From contig OZ244563.1 in the NCBI GenBank assembly GCA_965217715.1, forward strand, positions 405,116 to 469,115: DNA of 64,000 bases, given 5' to 3'. The notes under the pieces are model-generated. The model was not told the origin of the DNA and did no database searches. It saw only the letters and a list, made by a program, of their open reading frames with translations. Source of the DNA: Candidatus Poribacteria bacterium (lineage in GTDB: Bacteria; Poribacteria; WGA-4E; WGA-3G). Below, one piece after another: positions 59,295-64,000 of the stretch. A program made the position numbers and the translations under genes. Position 1 is the stretch's first letter, and each line of letters starts with the position of its first letter.

Positions 59295-59570
59295 CTATGT
59301 ACTACTGACATTAGGTATAGTTTCAGAATCATCACTACTTTTTTCAGATGCGTCCGGTTGTTCTGTGTCCGTAAGGTCTATTTGGGGCGTTTCTACTTGT
59401 TCTGTTTCTAAAGGCTTTTCCATGTGCTGTATTTCCACGCCGGGGCCAGTATCCACGGATTCGAGGTAAGCCATTTGGTTTTGGTACCACAAAAAGCATC
59501 CAAGTGTAAAAATTAGTATGAAACAAGTTCCACCGAGAATCCAATTTTCTATGGAAAATTCTTTTAACAT
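59295..59570 (-). CDS. small single-pass membrane protein with acidic C-terminal tail (paralog A)
   Basis: 91 aa, MLKEFSIENWILGGTCFILIFTLGCFLWYQNQMAYLES.., a good GGAGAAAAAG RBS. About 60% identical to 62764..63093 over the N-terminal 60 aa. Confidence 0.55.
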   Translation of the reverse strand: MLKEFSIENWILGGTCFILIFTLGCFLWYQNQMAYLESVDTGPGVEIQHMEKPLETEQVETPQIDLTDTEQPDASEKSSDDSETIPNVSST

Positions 59571-59956
59571 CTTTTTCTCCTATTCTATTCATATCTTCAG
59601 GTGGTATCCACTGGGTTATAATATCTTTGTTTAGTAATCTCGGTTAATCATTAGACAAGTGAGGAAACATTGTGTTCATGAAAACTGAATTACCTGATTA
59701 TTGGAATTTCCAGCCGATTCCTCTCCCATTTGAACCTTCTGTTATTAAAGACGCATATGCAAGCAAAAAGATTGCACTTTTTCATAAAAAAATGCATTTT
59801 TTCGGTAAAAAGTGATTTTTTATGCGGTTTTTTCAAGAAATATGTGGAAAGTAGGTTTCCGAAAAATAAAAAGACACGCATTAAAGCGCGCCTAAATGAT
59901 CATGAGATTTTATTTGCCTTTTATAGTGGATTTTACAATTAACTGGACATCTGATA

Positions 59957-60021
59957 TGTAGGAGGGAACTCCGATTCCCGACTATTAGTGGTTTCGTCGC
60001 GATTCGGAGATCGCTCCTACA
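59957..60021. repeat. family-1 nested-palindrome element
   Basis: TGTAGGAGGGAACTCCGATTCCCGAC-tattagtggtttc-GTCGCGATTCGGAGATCGCTCCTACA. Confidence 0.85.
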
Positions 60022-60102
60022 GAATATATGTGAACTTATTTACATAATTTACTATAAAAGCCATGGTGTTCAGGAACTTCAGCTAATAGAGGCGAATATA
60101 CG

Positions 60103-62322
60103 TTAGAATGACTTATTTTCAACATCAGGGTCTAATTCCATAGCCTTTGCGAGATCTGATTTTGCTTCTTCATGCTTGCCGAGTGCTTGCTTCGCCTGTC
60201 CCCGCTCGTAATAATAAAGTGCGTCGTCAGGCTTAATCCGAATCGCCTCATCAAAATCTTTAATTGCGCCAGCATACTCACCAAGAGCAGCCTTTGCAAC
60301 AGCACGGGTATGGTGCTCAGCGTTGGCACTCGAATTATCTGAATTTAGACGAATAGCCTCGTCACTGTCAGCTATCGCTGCTTGAAAAAGATTTTTGGCT
60401 TCTTCTATATTTCCCTGATCGGTTTCTAATTGTCCAAGGACATACTTCGACCACCCCCTGCCGTTGAAGGCTGAGGTGTACTCTGGGTCAAGTTTAAGGG
60501 TTTTGGTATAATCCTCAATAGACTGTTGATATAGGACTCTGGCTTCATCCATGTTCCCTTGATCCGCTTTTAATTTACCAAGACGGTAATCCGCTAAACC
60601 ACGATTGTAGTAAGCAATGGCATACTCTGGGTCAAGTTTGATGGATTCAGTATAATCGTCAATCGCTCCTTGAAAGTACCCATCAGCACCAGCTACATCT
60701 CCATCATCTGCTTTGGAAATACCAAGTCGTTGTTTTGCATACGCGCGTTGGAAGTAGGCAGCATCGCTCTTGGGATTCAATTGGATTACTTTATCGTAAT
60801 CCGTAATCGCTTCTTCATAGTCGCCAAGTTGGCGTTTTGCAAGACCACGATTAAAGTAACAACTTCTATTTTCAGGGTCTAACGTGATGGCTTCAGAATA
60901 GTCATCAATCGCTTCTTGATAGTATTTACGTGCACCTGTTTTATCATTTGTGTCCGCCTTAGATTTACCGAGGTCATACTTCGCACGCCCGCGACTGTTG
61001 TAAGCTTCGTCGTCTTGCGGGTTGGATTGTATAACTTTATCGTAGTCCTCAATTGCGCCTTCATAGTCGCGCTTGAAGCGTTTTACATCTCCTCGATGTC
61101 CATAAACATTTAACAATGGGTTGGGGTCAGGATTTAGGCTGATCATTTTGTCATAGTCTTCAATTGCACCAGCATAGTCCTCCAATACAGCCCTCACATT
61201 TGCGCGAACGAAATAGATTTCTGCTGCATTTGGATTGAGTTTTAAGGCAATATCATAATCCACAAGTGCCTCTTTATGTTGCTCAGAATCAAATTTAGCA
61301 GCAAATTTAGCGGTCGCTCTGATGACATAGGCCTGAACAAAATCAGGATTAAGTTTGAGAGCAGCATCACAGTCAGCAATTGCCTCATTGTGATGATCTA
61401 ACGATAAGTTCGCGGAAGCTCGGTTGATATATGCCTCTACAAAATCGGGGTTAAGTTTGATGGCGGAATCACAGTCGATAATTGCATCTTCTGCCTCCCC
61501 CATCAAAATCTTTAAACCTGCACGATTGACGTATATTTCCACTAAATCAGGATTAAGTTCAAGAGCAGCATCAAAGCATGCCATTGCTTCTTCGTGTTTC
61601 TGCTGCATCATTTTTGCCTGTCCTTCCAGCCCTTTAGCATAACTCTGTATAAGTGGATCTCTTTGCCATTTTACTAACGGTTCTGCTTTACCTATACTCG
61701 CGAGCATGGCGTTCAAAATGTTTGCAGGAATTGCGTGGCTAAGAGATGACTTCGCTCCGCCGCTAAAAACCGATATCTCAATGGCAGCACCGACAGCAAC
61801 ACCTATGACCTCTCCCATACTATTTAACAGGGCACTGCCACTATGTCCGGGATCAAATGCTTCTTTTATTTGGAAACGTTTGTTACTTTTTCGAATACCG
61901 TGAATAGTGACATGTATGGCTTCACCTTTTCCTCCACGCGGGTGGCCTACTGCACAAACAGTATCGCCAATCTGAACCGTATCACTATCGCCGAAGGGCA
62001 GCGGTGTACCTTCTCCAGCAACTTTTAAAATAACAAGGTCGTTCTCAATATCAAACGCAACTGCACCTTCAATATGGAATTCCGTTTTTGTACTAACGAG
62101 CTCAGCAAAAACGGACGGTGCATCTACAATACAATGAATATTTGTCACTACAAGATTTGTGTCAATAAAAAACCCACTTGCACGCGGCCAGATAAGACTC
62201 TTACCAGATTCCTCGTCAGTTTTTTGCCATACCACACGGACAACAGATTCTGTTAGTGCTTTTTCTGCGATTTGCTGTAGTTTTTCATCTCTTGTTTCTT
62301 CCATAATAGTATTCCCTTTCAT
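60103..62322 (-). CDS. trypsin-like (S1/Do-type fold) serine peptidase domain fused to ~12 TPR repeats; no signal peptide
   Basis: N-terminal 'ASGFFIDTNLVVTNIHCI' (His), 'NDLVILKV' (Asp) and 'FDPGHSGSALLN' (Ser), a catalytic-triad arrangement with GHSGS in place of GDSGGP. Canonical TPRs follow (AYINRASANLSLDHHNEAIADCDAALKLNPDFVQAY..). An alternative start at 62304 has the better SD. Confidence 0.7.
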   Translation of the reverse strand: MKGNTIMEETRDEKLQQIAEKALTESVVRVVWQKTDEESGKSLIWPRASGFFIDTNLVVTNIHCIVDAPSVFAELVSTKTEFHIEGAVAFDIENDLVILKVAGEGTPLPFGDSDTVQIGDTVCAVGHPRGGKGEAIHVTIHGIRKSNKRFQIKEAFDPGHSGSALLNSMGEVIGVAVGAAIEISVFSGGAKSSLSHAIPANILNAMLASIGKAEPLVKWQRDPLIQSYAKGLEGQAKMMQQKHEEAMACFDAALELNPDLVEIYVNRAGLKILMGEAEDAIIDCDSAIKLNPDFVEAYINRASANLSLDHHNEAIADCDAALKLNPDFVQAYVIRATAKFAAKFDSEQHKEALVDYDIALKLNPNAAEIYFVRANVRAVLEDYAGAIEDYDKMISLNPDPNPLLNVYGHRGDVKRFKRDYEGAIEDYDKVIQSNPQDDEAYNSRGRAKYDLGKSKADTNDKTGARKYYQEAIDDYSEAITLDPENRSCYFNRGLAKRQLGDYEEAITDYDKVIQLNPKSDAAYFQRAYAKQRLGISKADDGDVAGADGYFQGAIDDYTESIKLDPEYAIAYYNRGLADYRLGKLKADQGNMDEARVLYQQSIEDYTKTLKLDPEYTSAFNGRGWSKYVLGQLETDQGNIEEAKNLFQAAIADSDEAIRLNSDNSSANAEHHTRAVAKAALGEYAGAIKDFDEAIRIKPDDALYYYERGQAKQALGKHEEAKSDLAKAMELDPDVENKSF

Positions 62323-62763
62323 CTGCCTGCGGGTATGCCGAATTATACCTTTTTATAGTAAAGTTGTAATTATTGAAATACGTCTTATAGCACACTTACA
62401 AAACGCTAAATCAATACCGAGTGCCATACGGTATTACGGCGCCTATTGACAATGGAAAGTGCACCTCCATAGGCAAATATCCATATATTCGCAGATTGTA
62501 ATTAAGTGATAATATAATTTTTGGGGAGGATTTTGCTAATAGAATAGCATAAAAATGCTTATCTGTCAATGAAAATACCAGAAATTTCAGAGCCATTCAA
62601 TTGTCGAGAAGCACTCTTATAGGAGGGGTTTGTAAACCCGATTTAAAAACAAAAGCGTTAAATGTGAATGTCGGACGCACATTCACCAAGCGCAATTTAT
62701 TGCGCTTCTTTCTACCTTGCAAATATTCTGACTTTTTTCAGCGGCTGCAATTTCATTGGAACG

Positions 62764-63093
62764 CTATTTTATGACTGCTAATGGAACAGTCACTAAAACG
62801 TTTACAGTGTTCTGCTGTGCGCTACTGTCACTGACACCAGGGTTCCTGTCAACTTTGTTTCTCACATCAGAACTATTTTTTTCAGATGCATCCGGTAACT
62901 CTATTTGTGGCGTTTCTATCTGCCTAATATCTGAAGGCTTCTCCAAGTGCTGTCTTTCCAGTTCGGTGTCAGTATTGTGTGGTTGAAGATATTCCATCTC
63001 ATTTTGGAACCACAAAAAGCATCCAAGTGTGAAAATTAGGAGGAAGACGGTGCCACCGAGAATCCAGTTGTCTATGGAAATTTCTTTATACAT
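62764..63093 (-). CDS. small single-pass membrane protein with acidic C-terminal tail (paralog B)
   Basis: 109 aa, MYKEISIDNWILGGTVFLLIFTLGCFLWFQNEMEYLQP.., AGGAGAAAAAATG RBS. The upstream ~450 bp is also duplicated with the paralog-A upstream region. Confidence 0.55.
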   Translation of the reverse strand: MYKEISIDNWILGGTVFLLIFTLGCFLWFQNEMEYLQPHNTDTELERQHLEKPSDIRQIETPQIELPDASEKNSSDVRNKVDRNPGVSDSSAQQNTVNVLVTVPLAVIK

Positions 63094-63582
63094 TTTTTCT
63101 CCTATCCAATTTCATCTACATGCGCGGCATTCATTGGATAATGAACCCAGTATTTTAATTGCTTTAGTTAACGGTTAGATGCGTGAACAAACTTTATTTT
63201 CAGGTAAACTAAATCTTTTCGAATTTTTAGATACTTCAGTCGGTTTTCTACTTTGAAGAACTCCTTATGATTATAGACGCGTTTTTGAGGGCAAAAGGGT
63301 GCATTTTTTGAAAAAATATACATTTATTGGATGAACAGAAGGTTTTTTGTGTAATTTTCCCTGAGATGATCAAGGTGAGGGTTATAGCGGTTGTTGAAAA
63401 CGGTTTGCGAAGGATAGGGAGACATGCAGCGAAAGATTACCTCATGTGTGTTTGCAAAACTTATAGCAAAGTCCAAATATGTTGAGACTATATTTATTGA
63501 AACCAGACTCTGTTCTTACGAGTCATTCCAGTGTTTTTATAGTGAAATCTAAATTATCTTTACAGTTCTCTATAGATTTAAT

Positions 63583-63617
63583 GCGTTTGTAGTCGCGCAA
63601 TTCATTGCGCCTCTTCC
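63583..63617 (+). repeat. family-2 hairpin repeat (GCGTTTGTAGTCGCGCAATTCATTGCGCCTCTTCC)
   Basis: Near-identical to 1585 and 11741. It is preceded by 'gaaatctaaattatctttac', which is shared with those copies. Confidence 0.75.
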
Positions 63618-63728
63618 ATTACCGGTAGGCGAGGTTTCCTAACCTCGCTGGTGCAGAGTGTCCAATTAATTCCAAAATCTACTATAACACGCTAAATCCC
63701 TTATTAGGGACTTTTGAACCCATTGTTA

Positions 63729-63850
63729 GTCGGGAATCGGAGTTCCCTCCCGCCAAATGCCATGCGCGCATTTGGCGTTGATTTGGCTGAATGCCAAAAG
63801 CGCATTCAGCGTTGATTTGGCTGAATGCCAAAAGCACATTTGGCGTTGAT
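63729..63850. repeat. single family-1 arm (GGGAA type) followed by three tandem 35-bp hairpin modules
   Basis: GTCGGGAATCGGAGTTCCCTCC / cgccaaatgccatgcgcgcatttggcgttgatttggc tgaatgccaaaagcgcattcagcgttgatttggc tgaatgccaaaagcacatttggcgttgattcat. Confidence 0.8.
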
Positions 63851-63891
63851 TCATAAATAAATACGTCTAATTAATTCAATAATCTACCATA
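63851..63891. mobile_element. half MITE terminus (inverse complement of the TATGGTAGATTATTGAATTAATTAGACGTATTTAT end)
   Basis: AAATAAATACGTCTAATTAATTCAATAATCTACCATA directly abuts the tandem modules, which places the modules where the palindrome core sits in full copies. Confidence 0.6.
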
Positions 63892-64000
63892 AGTAGGAGT
63901 CGGTTGCAAAAAAGTTTTCAAAATCTGCACACTTAATATTATAGAGACGTATCTCTGTGTCTGTTCTATGTTATACTGTTTCTAATTGACAAATTGCCAT

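Overview
This 64-kb window reads as a chromosomal segment from a low-GC bacterium with strong AGGAGG-type Shine-Dalgarno sites. A giant SprA-like outer-membrane protein, BamA-like paralogs and PD40/TPR/CARDB proteins hint at an FCB-group organism, but that placement is only a guess. Housekeeping genes (rpsU, groES-groEL, mutS2, dnaG-rpoD, holA, thrC, three tRNAs) sit among envelope and secreted-protein genes, a czcCBA-like heavy-metal RND efflux operon, a decayed type I restriction-modification locus carrying an IS630-family insertion, and a TPR/UPF0175-PIN toxin-antitoxin-like pair. I found no CRISPR array, no rRNA and no recognisable phage, conjugation or defense gene island. The most striking content is non-coding. 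At least four families of short structured intergenic repeats occur at more than 25 sites. One is a nested-palindrome REP-like element whose two arm variants differ by compensatory base changes. It is also found embedded in a ~137-bp MITE with TATGGTA termini and next to tandem 35-bp hairpin modules. Coding-level oddities are a truncated sigma-70 paralog (regions 1.2 to 2.4 only) inserted and translationally coupled between dnaG and rpoD, an alternative sigma factor with a Cys/His-rich N-terminus, an atypical transcarbamylase next to thrC, a two-Omp85/PA14/DUF4159 cluster, and a segmentally duplicated small membrane-protein gene flanking a trypsin-TPR gene. All calls come from reading the sequence and the ORF track. 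No database search was run, so family assignments are motif-based recognitions with the stated uncertainty.
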